This document shows positions 31,064 to 40,727 of a stretch of DNA of 64,000 nucleotides, one piece after another; within the stretch, counting starts at the first letter, position 1; each line of letters opens with the position of its first letter. Where the stretch lies: positions 1-64,000 of the forward strand of contig CAVQUB010000009.1 of the NCBI GenBank assembly GCA_963716725.1. Direction: 5' to 3'. The position numbers and the translations under genes were made by a program. The notes under the pieces are model-generated. The model saw nothing but the letters and a program-made list of their open reading frames with translations, made no database searches and was not told the DNA's origin. Source of the DNA: an uncultured delta proteobacterium (lineage in GTDB: Bacteria; Myxococcota_A; Polyangia; Polyangiales; Polyangiaceae).

Positions 31064-31265
31064 TCTTCGAGCGGCGAAGCGGATGCGCGGTCTGGGGTGC
31101 GAGGTTCGAGCGATAGGCGGCGTACAACCGTGGGATGAAGAAGACGAAGACGTGCCCCAAGTGCGCCGGCAACAGGCTCTGGCTCGTGGACCCGCTTCGC
31201 ACCACTTAGGACAACGGAGGCCGGCCGCCGGCCCAGCAGGCGGGCGGCCTCCGGAGACCGCATGC

Positions 31266-31866
31266 CTACCTGCGCGCGGCCTTCTTCTTCGCGGGCTTCG
31301 CAGCGGCCTTCTTCGCAGGCTTCGCAGCGGCCTTCTTCGCGGGCTTCGCAGCGGCCTTCTTCGCAGGCTTCGCAGCGGCCTTCTTCGCGGGCTTCGCAGC
31401 GGCCTTCTTCGCAGGCTTCGCAGCAGGCTTCGCAGCGGCCTTCTTCGCGGTTCGCTTCGCGGGCTCCGCGGGCTTCGCCGGCTTCGCGGCGGCTTTCTGC
31501 TTCGACTCGACCTGGGGCTCCCAAACGGCGCAGCTCGCGCCGGTGGGATCCACGAATATACCGAGGGCGCCATGCGGCGGGATCGGCATGAAGTCGACGA
31601 CGACGGTCGCGCCGAGCTTCTTCGCCTTCGCCATCGACTGTTTGACCGATGCGACGCCGACGTACTGCCAGCCACGCGCTCGGAGCCCCGGGCACGGGGT
31701 GATCCTGGATGCCGCCGCCCTCGTTCTCGCCGGTCGAAAACATCGAGTAGACGCTCCCGTCCGGCATCGTCATGTCCTGAAAACTCCAGCCGAAGAGGCC
31801 GTTGTAGAACTTCTTCGCCGCTGCCAAATCGCTGGTGTTCAGCTCGTGATGAACGAAAGTGCCCAT
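31266..31866 (-). CDS. VOC/glyoxalase-family protein with histone-H1-like KKAAAKPA tail (frameshift ~31670)
   Basis: GTFVHHELNTSDLAAAKKFY..LFGW and DPTGASCAVW, followed by the 8-aa repeat tail. Confidence 0.85.
31277..31450 (-). repeat. 24-bp tandem repeat encoding KKAAAKPA
   Basis: GCTTCGCAGCGGCCTTCTTCGC(A/G)G repeated about 6 times. Confidence 0.9.
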
Positions 31867-32065
31867 GGGATTTTCCTCGTGTTGTCGTCAGCGAGCACCC
31901 GCTCGCGGCCGGAGTATCACCGACCCTGCCACGACTGTCTCGGGCCAAATGCCGCTCTCCCGACGGCATATCGGGCGCGACCGCTGGCGGGCCAGGAGCG
32001 AGAGGAAGCCTTCCTCGCTCGCCCCGCGACTGGCAAAACGTCCTTCCGGCGCCTACCATTGACCC

Positions 32066-32557
32066 ATGAGCGATCCGCCGTCGGTCAGTCGTCGCGCTCT
32101 GCTGAGCTATGTCAGCGCGGGAGTCGCTGCGGCGGGAGCTGCGCCCAGCAGCGCCCCACGGCTCGCCCCAGAGGGAGTCACGGCCGCGCCCCTAGCGTCG
32201 CTGCTGGCGCCGCTCGGGCCCGGCTCGGTGCTCGGTCGTTGGCGAGTCGAACGCCTGGTCGAGCCGAGCGGAGGCGCCGCCAGCATCGTGCTCTCGGATC
32301 GCTCGGGGACCGAGTTCCAGCTCGACCTCTGCGCGCGCGACGGGTCCGCGCTGGCCAGTCATGGCCCCGCCTGCACCGAGCACTTCGAGCTCTTCGTGGC
32401 GAACCAAGGCGACGGCGCCACCGGCACCCACGAAGATCATGGGCTCTGCGCGATGGCGGTCGGCGAGATCATCCGAGCCAACGAGGCCGAGGCCGATCGC
32501 GGCGCCTTCGTCAGCTTGGCGGATTGCAGCGACGCTCGACGCCACGTGCGCTCGTGA
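32066..32557 (+). CDS. Putative Tat-exported hypothetical protein
   Basis: SRRALL twin-arginine-like signal; its stop overlaps the next GTG. Confidence 0.65.
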   Translation: MSDPPSVSRRALLSYVSAGVAAAGAAPSSAPRLAPEGVTAAPLASLLAPLGPGSVLGRWRVERLVEPSGGAASIVLSDRSGTEFQLDLCARDGSALASHGPACTEHFELFVANQGDGATGTHEDHGLCAMAVGEIIRANEAEADRGAFVSLADCSDARRHVRS

Positions 32558-32979
32558 TCGTCGAAGCGACCGCCGAAGAGCTGAGCGGCGCGAGCGCGCT
32601 GCCTCCCCATGGCATCTGGGTCGAGGTCTTCGGCGTGAACGCACCGATGCACGACTATCACGCGCCGGGCTTCAAGCAGATCGTGCTGGGCCTCCGGCGG
32701 GCACGGGTGCGACGGGTGCCCTTCGCGCTCGTGTATCGCACGACGCGCTCGAACTACCGGCACGCCGTGGAGATGGTTCAGGTCGCGCACGCGCTCGGTG
32801 CCCGCGCCGTCGGCTTTGCGCCGCCGGAGCCGGCCTGTCGAGTGCCCGCCGCCCAGCCCGAGCTCGCGGCGCCCTTCCTCGAACGCGCGTTCCAGGCCGC
32901 TCGTGTCCTGGGCATGCCCATCGCCACCCGAGACCGCGCAGAGCCCAGCTCGGCGCTCGACTGGCTGCCGGAGCTCTGA
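32554..32979 (+). CDS. Truncated radical-SAM-like domain lacking CxxxCxxC
   Basis: VEVFGVNAPMHD...PGFKQIVLGLRR...TTRSNYRH parallels SLHGPSRHLH...AFDQTLAGIRN...LTLSNHRH of the rSAM at 13473. Confidence 0.55.
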   Translation: MIVEATAEELSGASALPPHGIWVEVFGVNAPMHDYHAPGFKQIVLGLRRARVRRVPFALVYRTTRSNYRHAVEMVQVAHALGARAVGFAPPEPACRVPAAQPELAAPFLERAFQAARVLGMPIATRDRAEPSSALDWLPEL

Positions 32980-33052
32980 GGGGCGGCACGGATCTTTCAT
33001 TGCTGGAGTAGAACCCCGGCATTCAGCCCGCGGGTGGCACAGGAGTGCGCCA

Positions 33053-33811
33053 ATGCCGACAGCACGATCATGGTCCGCGTCCCTTCTCTTCGCAGTCTTC
33101 GCCGTCGCTTGCGGCGGTTCGGTCGCCGCTGACAAGGACGGCACGGGTGGCGCGTCGGGCTCCGGCGGCAACGCCGGCTCCGGGGGCAGCGCAGGTTGCG
33201 GCGGAGCGGGCGCTGTCGCTTGCGGCAGCTGCGAATACGGCGGCAAGGTATACCAGGACGGGGCGGCATTTCCGGCAACCGACGGATGCAATACCTGCAA
33301 TTGCTCGAAGGGCTCGGTGGGGTGCACCTTGATGTTGTGCACCAACGGCTGCGACTTCAACGGTGCGCACTACGAGCCCGGCGAGTCCTTCCCGGCCGGC
33401 GACGGCTGCAACAGCTGCATGTGTCAGTCCGACGGCTCCATCGCCTGCACCAAGGCCTTCTGCGCTCCGGTCTGCACCTATGCGGGCAAAGACTACCAAC
33501 TGGGCGAGACGTTTGCGGCCATTGACGGTTGCAACAAATGCACGTGCACCGATCAGGGCGTCTCGTGCACGGAGATGGCCTGCGCCTGCGACGCCAGCAA
33601 AGAGTGGTGGCGCGACTACGTCGGCAAGAGCCCGCAGGAGTGCATGACCATCAAGTACGCCTGCCCGATGAACACCACACCGTTCAGCAATGCCTGCGGC
33701 TGCGGCTGCGAGCAAGACGCGAGCTGCCCGCAGAGCATCGACTGCATGCCGCCAGCGCCGAACTGCGATGCCCTGCAGAAGAAGTGCCCGTACTCAGGCG
33801 TCGCCTACTGA
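33053..33811 (+). CDS. Lipoprotein with three pacifastin/VWC-like Cys repeats
   Basis: C..GG..Y..G..F...DGCNxCxC...G...CTxxxC three times, plus a C-terminal CGCGC domain. Confidence 0.8.
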   Translation: MPTARSWSASLLFAVFAVACGGSVAADKDGTGGASGSGGNAGSGGSAGCGGAGAVACGSCEYGGKVYQDGAAFPATDGCNTCNCSKGSVGCTLMLCTNGCDFNGAHYEPGESFPAGDGCNSCMCQSDGSIACTKAFCAPVCTYAGKDYQLGETFAAIDGCNKCTCTDQGVSCTEMACACDASKEWWRDYVGKSPQECMTIKYACPMNTTPFSNACGCGCEQDASCPQSIDCMPPAPNCDALQKKCPYSGVAY

Positions 33812-33922
33812 TCCGCCGAGTTCAGGGGTACGGGCGCTCCGACGGCCCGTCGCCGGGTCGCTTCGCCGCGGGGCCGATGAAATAATCCGGCGCCGCTCTG
33901 CGAATGGCCCCTCGGAGGCATC

Positions 33923-34465
33923 ATGCAGGCTGTCATCGATCAGTGGAACGGGCTGAGTTCTTGGGGCTATCGCGTCATGAGCGAGATCGGGGACGCTTTT
34001 TCAGGGGCGTTGGTCGTGTTCGTGCTCGGGCTCGTGCTGATGGCCCTGGCGGGCGACCGGATGGAAAAGCTCGAGGGCGAGATCGCCGCGCGGCCCGCGC
34101 GCTCCTTTGCCCTGGGCCTGATCGGCGTGGTCGGCGCGGTGGTGATCGGCATCACCCTGTGCGTGACCGTGATCGGTATCCCCTTTGCCATCGTGGGAGC
34201 CATGGTGGCGGTTCTGCTCACCTACGCCGGCGTCGTTGCCGTGCTCCGGACCCTGGGGGCAGCGCTGATTCAGCACCGGACCACGAACCGCTACCTGCAC
34301 CTGGCCCTGGGCTGCCTGCTCTTCTTCGTCGTGGGCTGCATCCCTTGGCTCGGGGGGTATCTCACTTTCGGCGTGCTCGCGACGGGCCTGGGCTCGGTGC
34401 TCGCAACGCGCGTCGCGGGGCTGTGGGGGCGGCCAAAGAACGGGGGCTCGTACGCCGCCGTGTGA
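33923..34465 (+). CDS. Membrane protein (hypothetical)
   Basis: Multiple TM helices; VTVIGIPF and IPWLGG motifs. Confidence 0.75.
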   Translation: MQAVIDQWNGLSSWGYRVMSEIGDAFSGALVVFVLGLVLMALAGDRMEKLEGEIAARPARSFALGLIGVVGAVVIGITLCVTVIGIPFAIVGAMVAVLLTYAGVVAVLRTLGAALIQHRTTNRYLHLALGCLLFFVVGCIPWLGGYLTFGVLATGLGSVLATRVAGLWGRPKNGGSYAAV

Positions 34466-34484
34466 CGCACTAGCCTCACCATCG

Positions 34485-35213
34485 ATGGAAGAGCTGATCA
34501 AGAACGCGAGCGAAGCGGACCTCTTGGGATTCTCCAAGACCTTCCTCGGCACCTACGGCGCCCACGGCTTTCAGTCTCTCGCCAAGCGCGACGCGGATCT
34601 GTTGCTCTTCTACGCGCTGGAGCACAGCGGCGTCGTGGACTCGCGCGAAGGCAACCACCAAGTGGCGCGCCGGCTGCGCCTGACGCCCACCCGTGTCTCG
34701 AACCTGCGTCGCGATGCTTGGGCGCGGTGGGCCGAGCCGAGCGACGTGCGTGAGCACCTGGCCCACACCTTCCGTGAGATCTTCGCGGCACCGGCCCTCG
34801 AGCGCGTGCTGCGACAGAACCGCGCGACTTGGAAGACCGATCGGCTCTTGCCTTTGTTGCTCGAGCACCCGAGCGATCGCAGCGAGGTCGAGCAGTTCCT
34901 CAAGGCGGCCAAGGACATCCCCCACCGCGCGCGAAACTCCGAGGTGCTCTTGATCCCACAGGACCAGGTCATCCCGCTGGTGGACTTCGCCGCCGAAGGC
35001 CTGGACAAGGCCGGTCAGAATCTGATCAAGAAGGCCTTCGCTTCCAACAAGAAGCTGAGCGACTTCCTGACTGAAGACATCTCCAGGATTTCTGCCACCG
35101 AGGCCCGGGCGGTCCTCAACAACACGGTGGGAGCGATCCTGGAGAAAGCCAGCGTGGATCTGGCGGCGAAGGGGCTCAGCGCGCTGGTGCTGGGCTACTT
35201 TGGGACTTCGTAG
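34485..35213 (+). CDS. Hypothetical protein with HTH-like segment
   Basis: GFQSLAKRDADLLLF...NHQVARRLRLTPTRVSNL; typical codon usage. Confidence 0.75.
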   Translation: MEELIKNASEADLLGFSKTFLGTYGAHGFQSLAKRDADLLLFYALEHSGVVDSREGNHQVARRLRLTPTRVSNLRRDAWARWAEPSDVREHLAHTFREIFAAPALERVLRQNRATWKTDRLLPLLLEHPSDRSEVEQFLKAAKDIPHRARNSEVLLIPQDQVIPLVDFAAEGLDKAGQNLIKKAFASNKKLSDFLTEDISRISATEARAVLNNTVGAILEKASVDLAAKGLSALVLGYFGTS

Positions 35214-35256
35214 TGAGCGTCTCGCCGGCAGACGAAGCCCGAGCTAAGCTGCGCCG

Positions 35257-35706
35257 ATGGCTGAAGCCACCGTGAGCGAATCCGCGGATGGATTGCTGGT
35301 CGAGCTCGACGAGAGCTTGTACCCAAAAGACGCGATCTACGGCGCGGCGTACGTGTTCATCGACCGCTGCTACGTACGCCTCGATCGACCCGCCCCCGGC
35401 CGCATCTCGCTTCGACTCAAACCGAAGGCCCACGTAGAGATCCCGCTCGCCACCCTGGCCGGTGAGCTCGAGAACGAGCTGCTCGGTCAGGCTTGGCGCC
35501 GACTCTTGATCGACGAGAATCGACGGATCGTCGAGACGGTGACGACCCAAGCGCTCGCCGGCGCGGCCGGTCCGCCGGGACTCGACGAGCTGCTCGAGAT
35601 GGATCTCGACGAGAAGGCCTTCGAGGATCCCCTTGGCATCGCCATGAGCTGGGAGGAGAAGTACAAGAAGCGCCCAGCGAAACCCGAGGGCGAAGGCGAG
35701 CCTTGA
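35257..35706 (+). CDS. hxsD: His-Xaa-Ser system protein HxsD-like
   Basis: DESLYPKDAIYGAAYVFIDRCYV...GELENELL...RRIVETVTTQAL matches the HxsD pattern; C-terminal EDPLGIAMSWEEKY. Confidence 0.75.
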   Translation: MAEATVSESADGLLVELDESLYPKDAIYGAAYVFIDRCYVRLDRPAPGRISLRLKPKAHVEIPLATLAGELENELLGQAWRRLLIDENRRIVETVTTQALAGAAGPPGLDELLEMDLDEKAFEDPLGIAMSWEEKYKKRPAKPEGEGEP

Positions 35707-35918
35707 TCACGCTGTCGTTTCCCCGTGATCTGTACGTGGGCGCCGCCGTCGACGCGGCCGCGAAGGCCTACGCCGAGCACGCGACGATCGAACTCGAGCA
35801 AACGCCCGAAGCGTACGTGCTGCGAGTCGTCGCGATCGGCGAGGCCAACGAGGAGCTGATCGCCGACGAGTTGGCGAACTACGCCCTGGGCGCCAGCGTC
35901 GAGCATCACGGCGAGTGA
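35703..35918 (+). CDS. Second, short HxsD-like protein
   Basis: FPRDLY...AVDAAAKAY...IADELANYALG; TTG start overlaps the previous stop. Confidence 0.7.
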   Translation: MITLSFPRDLYVGAAVDAAAKAYAEHATIELEQTPEAYVLRVVAIGEANEELIADELANYALGASVEHHGE

Positions 35919-35922
35919 GGCC

Positions 35923-36834
35923 GTGCCGCTCAGGTCGAACTCCTTCAACTTCGAGCCCGTCCGAGACGTGATGCGCCCCCGGGGGGCGGTCTGCCCCCTC
36001 GCGTCGGAGGCGGGCGTGGTGCCCGGCGCGCCCGATCCTGATCGCGCGGTCTTCCTCCGGCTCAAGGATCGAATGCGCCTCTTCGAGACTCGGACAGGAG
36101 ATTTCGACGACGGCGAAATCTCCCGGACCAAGGCCCTGGGGCAGATCTACGTGGACCGCAGCCTGAAGCAATGGCCCGACGACTTTCCGGACGATCTCGC
36201 GGCCCTCACGCCGGCGACAGAGTGCGTGACTTGTTCGCGACGCGAAGATTGTCCCGGCGCGTACCGCGCGTCTTCCCAAGATGTCTTCACCGCTGACGAA
36301 GCTCGCACCCGCGAGATCCTGCGTGGGCTCGAGGGCGCCGTGCTCGACATCGGCGCGGGTGACGCTCCCTACTTGGGCGATCTGGCACCTCGCGTGGAGG
36401 CGGGTCTGGCCAGCTACCTGGCGATCGATCCGGACGCGGAGCGGCTCGCGCTGCTGCGCAGCCGACATCCCTGGGCAGAGATCTTCGCTGGTGACCTCGA
36501 GGCTCTGCCGGCAGGTCGCCGGTTTGCTCATGCGCTGCTGCTGCGCAGCCTGAACCACGTGGCTGATCCCGCGCACTCCCTCGCGGTGATCTGCGAGCGG
36601 CTCGACGCCGGCGGCACACTCTCGATCGTGGACGACGTCGCCTTCGGTCTGATCCGCAGCGTCGAACAAGTGGAGCGCGCCTCCGCCGTTGGCCCGCGCT
36701 TCGAGCACCACCGCAACGACTCCGCCGCGGAGGTGATCGGCGTCGCTGCTGGGCTGCCGCTCCGACTCGTCGAGCGACGCGACGTGGGACCAGGCAGCAG
36801 CAATCAGTGGCTCTTGCGCTTCGAACGGGCGTGA
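35923..36834 (+). CDS. CxxCx5C (SPASM/twitch-like) domain fused to class I SAM methyltransferase
   Basis: ECVTCSRREDCPGAY, VLDIGAGD, RSLNHV motifs. Confidence 0.75.
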   Translation: MPLRSNSFNFEPVRDVMRPRGAVCPLASEAGVVPGAPDPDRAVFLRLKDRMRLFETRTGDFDDGEISRTKALGQIYVDRSLKQWPDDFPDDLAALTPATECVTCSRREDCPGAYRASSQDVFTADEARTREILRGLEGAVLDIGAGDAPYLGDLAPRVEAGLASYLAIDPDAERLALLRSRHPWAEIFAGDLEALPAGRRFAHALLLRSLNHVADPAHSLAVICERLDAGGTLSIVDDVAFGLIRSVEQVERASAVGPRFEHHRNDSAAEVIGVAAGLPLRLVERRDVGPGSSNQWLLRFERA

Positions 36835-36885
36835 TTCAGGCCGGTGGGGCTGTTCTCCGCACGGAGAGCGACGTAGTCTCGAGAG

Positions 36886-38004
36886 ATGAGGCGGCGTTCT
36901 CGTCGACATGAATGGGTCGCGCTCGTGTGCACGCTGTCGGCTGCCGCGCTCAACCTGCGCTGCGGTTCCAGCTCTGACACCACCGGCTCGGGGGGCCAGC
37001 CGTCCGGAGGCAGCGGCGCAACCAGCGGCGCCGGCGGCGCAGCCGGCCAAGGCGGCGGAGGCTCGACAGGAGGCGGCGGCAGTGCGGGCTCGGCCGGGAC
37101 GGGAGGAACCTCTGGCGGCGGCGGCACAGGTGGCGGCGGCGGCGCAGGTGGCGGCGGCGGCGCGGGTGGCGGCGGCGGCGCGGGTGGCGGCGGCGGCGCG
37201 GGTGGCAGCGGCGGCGCGGGTGGCAGCGGCGGCGCGGGTGGCAGCGGCGGCGCGCCAATGCCAAGTGGCGTCCCGGGCGCGTGGAAGCTGGTCTTCCAAG
37301 ACGAGTTCGAGGGCACCCAGCTGGACACCACCAAGTGGCGCCCGAACTGGTTCGGCTCCTCGGACACTGCGCTGACCAAGCCGCCCAACGATCTCGAGGT
37401 GAGCTGCTACGACCCGGCGCAGGTGAAGGTGACGCAGGGTTCGCTGGAGCTGACGGCAGTCGCCACGACGAAGTCAGGTTGCGTGAAGAAGGACGGCAGC
37501 AAGGCTCCGTATGCTTCTGGTCTGGTGATGAGTGATGGCCGCTACAACTTCAGCTACGGCTTTGTCGAAGCGCGCATCTGGCTGCCGCCAGGCACCGGCA
37601 CTCCGGAGAACTGGGCGGCCTTCTGGGTGAACGGCAAGACCTGGCCGGAAGACGGCGAGATCGACATCATGGAAACGTTGGGTGGCGGTAGCTCCACGCG
37701 CTGGACCTACCACTACGACGCCGACCCGACCGCCGGCGTCCTGCACAAGTTGATCACGGGCACCCCGACCAACATGATCAGCGACTCCGGGTGGCATGTC
37801 TTTGCCGCCAACTGGCAGCCGGACCAGATCAGGTTCTACTACGACGGAAAAGACGTCGGCGGGGTGACCTCGGCAGGTCTCGCGGGCGGTGCGAAGACGG
37901 CGAGCAGCCCGCACTACTTCATCCTCAATCACGGTTTGAACGGGAGCCATCCGGTCAAGGTGCCTTCCACGTTGAAGGTCGACTACGTACGGCACTGGCA
38001 GTGA
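36886..38004 (+). CDS. GH16 glycoside hydrolase lipoprotein with Gly-rich linker
   Basis: WKLVFQDEF, YGFVEAR, WAAFW, GEIDIME (catalytic ExDxxE), VDYVR. Confidence 0.92.
   Translation: MRRRSRRHEWVALVCTLSAAALNLRCGSSSDTTGSGGQPSGGSGATSGAGGAAGQGGGGSTGGGGSAGSAGTGGTSGGGGTGGGGGAGGGGGAGGGGGAGGGGGAGGSGGAGGSGGAGGSGGAPMPSGVPGAWKLVFQDEFEGTQLDTTKWRPNWFGSSDTALTKPPNDLEVSCYDPAQVKVTQGSLELTAVATTKSGCVKKDGSKAPYASGLVMSDGRYNFSYGFVEARIWLPPGTGTPENWAAFWVNGKTWPEDGEIDIMETLGGGSSTRWTYHYDADPTAGVLHKLITGTPTNMISDSGWHVFAANWQPDQIRFYYDGKDVGGVTSAGLAGGAKTASSPHYFILNHGLNGSHPVKVPSTLKVDYVRHWQ
37113..37255 (+). repeat. 18-bp Gly-rich tandem repeat (GGG/SGGA linker)
   Basis: GGTGGC(G/A)GCGGCGGCGCG repeated about 7 times. Confidence 0.85.
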
Positions 38005-38049
38005 GCGCCGGCTCTGCCGCCCCGCTTCCGATACGACCAAGCTGCCGGA

Positions 38050-38913
38050 ATGAAGACGCTCTTCGACACCGCCTGGACCCTCTCCAAGGACGCAGCGCGG
38101 ATCTTCTCGCAGCGCGGCGCACGACTGATGAGTGGGTCGGTCGCCTTCTACGCGTTGGTCTCCGTGGTGCCGATGCTGGTCATCGCCCTGGAACTGGCCG
38201 CGCTCTTCGTCGATGAGAGCCAGGCGCGCTCCGCCGTGTCGTCGGAGCTCGAGCGCTGGGTCGGTCCGAGCGGGGCCGCAACCATCGTATCGTTGGTCCG
38301 CGCCGTGCGGAGCCAGCCCCACTCCGGGATCACCAGCGTCATCGGCACGCTGATCCTGGCCTACGCCTCGACGCGCCTCTTCTCGCAGCTGACCACCGCC
38401 CTCGATCTACTCTGGGAGACCCCCCCGGAGCCCGAGGCCACCAGCTTCGGCGAGCGGGTCCGACGGCAAATCGCGCGACGCGGCCTTGCGTTCTCGATGG
38501 TGCTCCTGGTGGGGATCTTGCTGACCGCGACCGTGCTCTTGCATGGCGTGCTGGCCACCGGACGCCGAGTCCCGGGCTTCGACGCGCCCATCTCGCGCCT
38601 GATCGAGGCGCCGGTCTCGCTGCTGCTGACCTCGTTGCTCTTCGCCGCGATGTTTCGGCTCTTGCCGCGCGCCCAAGTGAAACTGCTCGACGCGCTGGTC
38701 GGCGGCGCGGTCACTTCCGTGCTCTTCACCGCCGGCTCGCTCGTCGTCAGCGCCTACATCGCGCGGCGCGACACCTCGGTCTACGGCGCGGCCGCCAGCC
38801 TGGTGGTGCTGTTGCTGTGGATGCACTACTGCGCGCAGGCCTTCTTTCTCGGGGCGGCGTTCACGGCCGCCCACGCCCGGCGGCGGGACCTTCTCGCGAA
38901 CGCCGAGGGGTGA
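38050..38913 (+). CDS. YihY/BrkB-family membrane protein
   Basis: SVAFYALVSVVP and YGAAASLVVLLLWMHY...FFLGA motifs. Confidence 0.9.
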   Translation: MKTLFDTAWTLSKDAARIFSQRGARLMSGSVAFYALVSVVPMLVIALELAALFVDESQARSAVSSELERWVGPSGAATIVSLVRAVRSQPHSGITSVIGTLILAYASTRLFSQLTTALDLLWETPPEPEATSFGERVRRQIARRGLAFSMVLLVGILLTATVLLHGVLATGRRVPGFDAPISRLIEAPVSLLLTSLLFAAMFRLLPRAQVKLLDALVGGAVTSVLFTAGSLVVSAYIARRDTSVYGAAASLVVLLLWMHYCAQAFFLGAAFTAAHARRRDLLANAEG

Positions 38914-38962
38914 GACGCTGCGCCGCCCAGGTCTACCCCCGACAGCCGTTTCGAACCGGGGT

Positions 38963-39662
38963 CTAACACCCGTCTGGGCCGCACGCCGCGCCCTCGGGGA
39001 GCTCGGTCCCGTCGCCGCGCTCGCTCCAAGCCTTGGCGAGCACATCGAGCAGGACCGCGGGCGACTGGGCGCCGGAGACCCCGTAGCTGCCGATGACGAA
39101 GAAAGGCACGCCGCTGATGCCAAGCGCGTGCGCCTCCGCTTCGTCCGCGCGCACGTCGTCGGCGTAGCGGTCGCTGCCAAGCACCGAGGCCACTTCGTCC
39201 GCGTCCAACCCCGCTTCACGGCTGAGGCGAATGAGCGTCGAACCATCGCCGATGGCTTCACCCTCGGTCAGGTAGCCCCGAAGGAAGCGCTCCTTGACCG
39301 CGTCTTGCACGCCGCGGAGTGCAGCGAGGTGCAGCAGTCGGTGCGCATCGAAGGTGTTGCCCGGCCGAATGCGATCGAATCGAAAGTCGAGCCCGACCCC
39401 GCGGGCGACCCCCGTCATGCGGTCGATCATGGCCTGCGCCTGCTCCGCAGTGGTGCCGTACTTTCGTCCCAATCGCTCGGCGTAGTCCGCCGGCTCTCGC
39501 AGCTTGGGCGCCGATTCCGTCCAGCTCGAAAGCGCGCCAGGTGATTTGCACCCGCTGGCTCTCGGGGAACTGATCGAGCGCCGCTTCCAGCTGCCGCTTG
39601 CCCACGTAGCACCACGGACAGGCGATGTCGGACCACACGTCGATTCGAAGTCGCTCGGTCAT
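38963..39662 (-). CDS. DsbA-family oxidoreductase (FrnE-like), frameshift ~39510
   Basis: WSDIACPWCYVGK in one frame; NTFDAHRLL, GISGVPFF and ACGPDGC in the other. Confidence 0.9.
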
Positions 39663-39844
39663 GCCCGGCCTTCAATGTCGGACCGGAGTGGGACGACGTC
39701 CACCCCCACTCGGGCGCCGCGGTCGCTTCGAGCTGATGCGCGAGGGAAAGTCGATCCGGGGCTTCCGTCCGTGAGGCGTCGCAGGCACGCTCCCGGTCGG
39801 GCTTGGGCCCCCGCGTCGGGCCATCCATCGTCGAGAGCCGAGCA

Positions 39845-40675
39845 ATGAAACAGATCGAGCAACACAACAGCCTTGGCGGCAGCCAAGAGGTCTGGCAGCA
39901 CGCTTCCAGTACGCTGGGCGTGCAGATGAACTTCGCCGTCTACCTGCCGCCGCAGGCCAAGCAGGGGCCGTGCCCGGTGCTGTACTGGCTGTCGGGGCTG
40001 ACCTGCAACGAGCAGAACTTCATCACCAAGGCCGGGGCGCAGGTCTATGCGGCCAAGCACGGCGTGATCCTGGTCGTGCCCGACACCAGTCCGCGCGGTG
40101 AGCATGTCGCCAATGACGAAGCCTACGACCTCGGCCAGGGCGCGAGCTTCTACCTCAACGCGACCCGCGAGCCCTGGGCGCCGCACTATCGGATGTACGA
40201 TTACGTCGTGCACGAGCTGCCCGCGCTGGTGGACGCGCATTTTCCGACCACCATCGCGCGCGGCATCAGCGGCCACTCGATGGGCGGTCATGGCGCACTG
40301 GTCATCGCCCTGCGCAACCCGGGCATGTTCCGCAGCGTGTCGGCGTTCTCGCCGATCGTCGCACCCAGCCAGGTGCCTTGGGGCGAGAAGGCCTTCAGCG
40401 CCTACCTGGGCGATGACCGGGAGGCGTGGAAACAGTGGGACGCGACGGCGCTGGTCGCCAAGGCCGGCGAGCGCTTACCGCTGCTGGTCGACCAGGGCGA
40501 TGCGGACAACTTCATCGAAGAGCAGCTGCGCCCACACCTGCTCCGCGAGGCCTGCGAGGCAGTGGCACATCCGATCACACTGCGGATCCAGCCCGGCTAC
40601 GACCACAGCTATTACTTCATCGCCAGCTTCATCGGCGACCATCTGGCGCACCACGCCAAATTCCTGCGCGGCTGA
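39845..40675 (+). CDS. fghA: S-formylglutathione hydrolase
   Basis: [27 protein letters not shown] motifs. Confidence 0.95.
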   Translation: MKQIEQHNSLGGSQEVWQHASSTLGVQMNFAVYLPPQAKQGPCPVLYWLSGLTCNEQNFITKAGAQVYAAKHGVILVVPDTSPRGEHVANDEAYDLGQGASFYLNATREPWAPHYRMYDYVVHELPALVDAHFPTTIARGISGHSMGGHGALVIALRNPGMFRSVSAFSPIVAPSQVPWGEKAFSAYLGDDREAWKQWDATALVAKAGERLPLLVDQGDADNFIEEQLRPHLLREACEAVAHPITLRIQPGYDHSYYFIASFIGDHLAHHAKFLRG

Positions 40676-40727
40676 TCCCGGGCGGCGATGTCTTCTCGCG
40701 AGCGCCGAGAGGTGAGAGGCTCGGGCG

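Noticed and set aside
31135..31209. MKKTKTCPKCAGNRLWLVDPLRTT micro-ORF as a RiPP precursor
   Set aside because: Looks like the truncated start of a zinc-ribbon protein; too short to support.
31277..31450. Tandem repeats as a CRISPR array (also 37113-37255 and ~6125-6200)
   Set aside because: No unique spacers; they are in-frame coding low-complexity repeats; no cas genes.
32984..32999. Sigma-54-like promoter CGGCACG-N4-TTTCA (and TGGCATG-N4-CCGCT at ~42320)
   Set aside because: Each deviates in the -12 element; not distinguishable from chance in GC-rich DNA.
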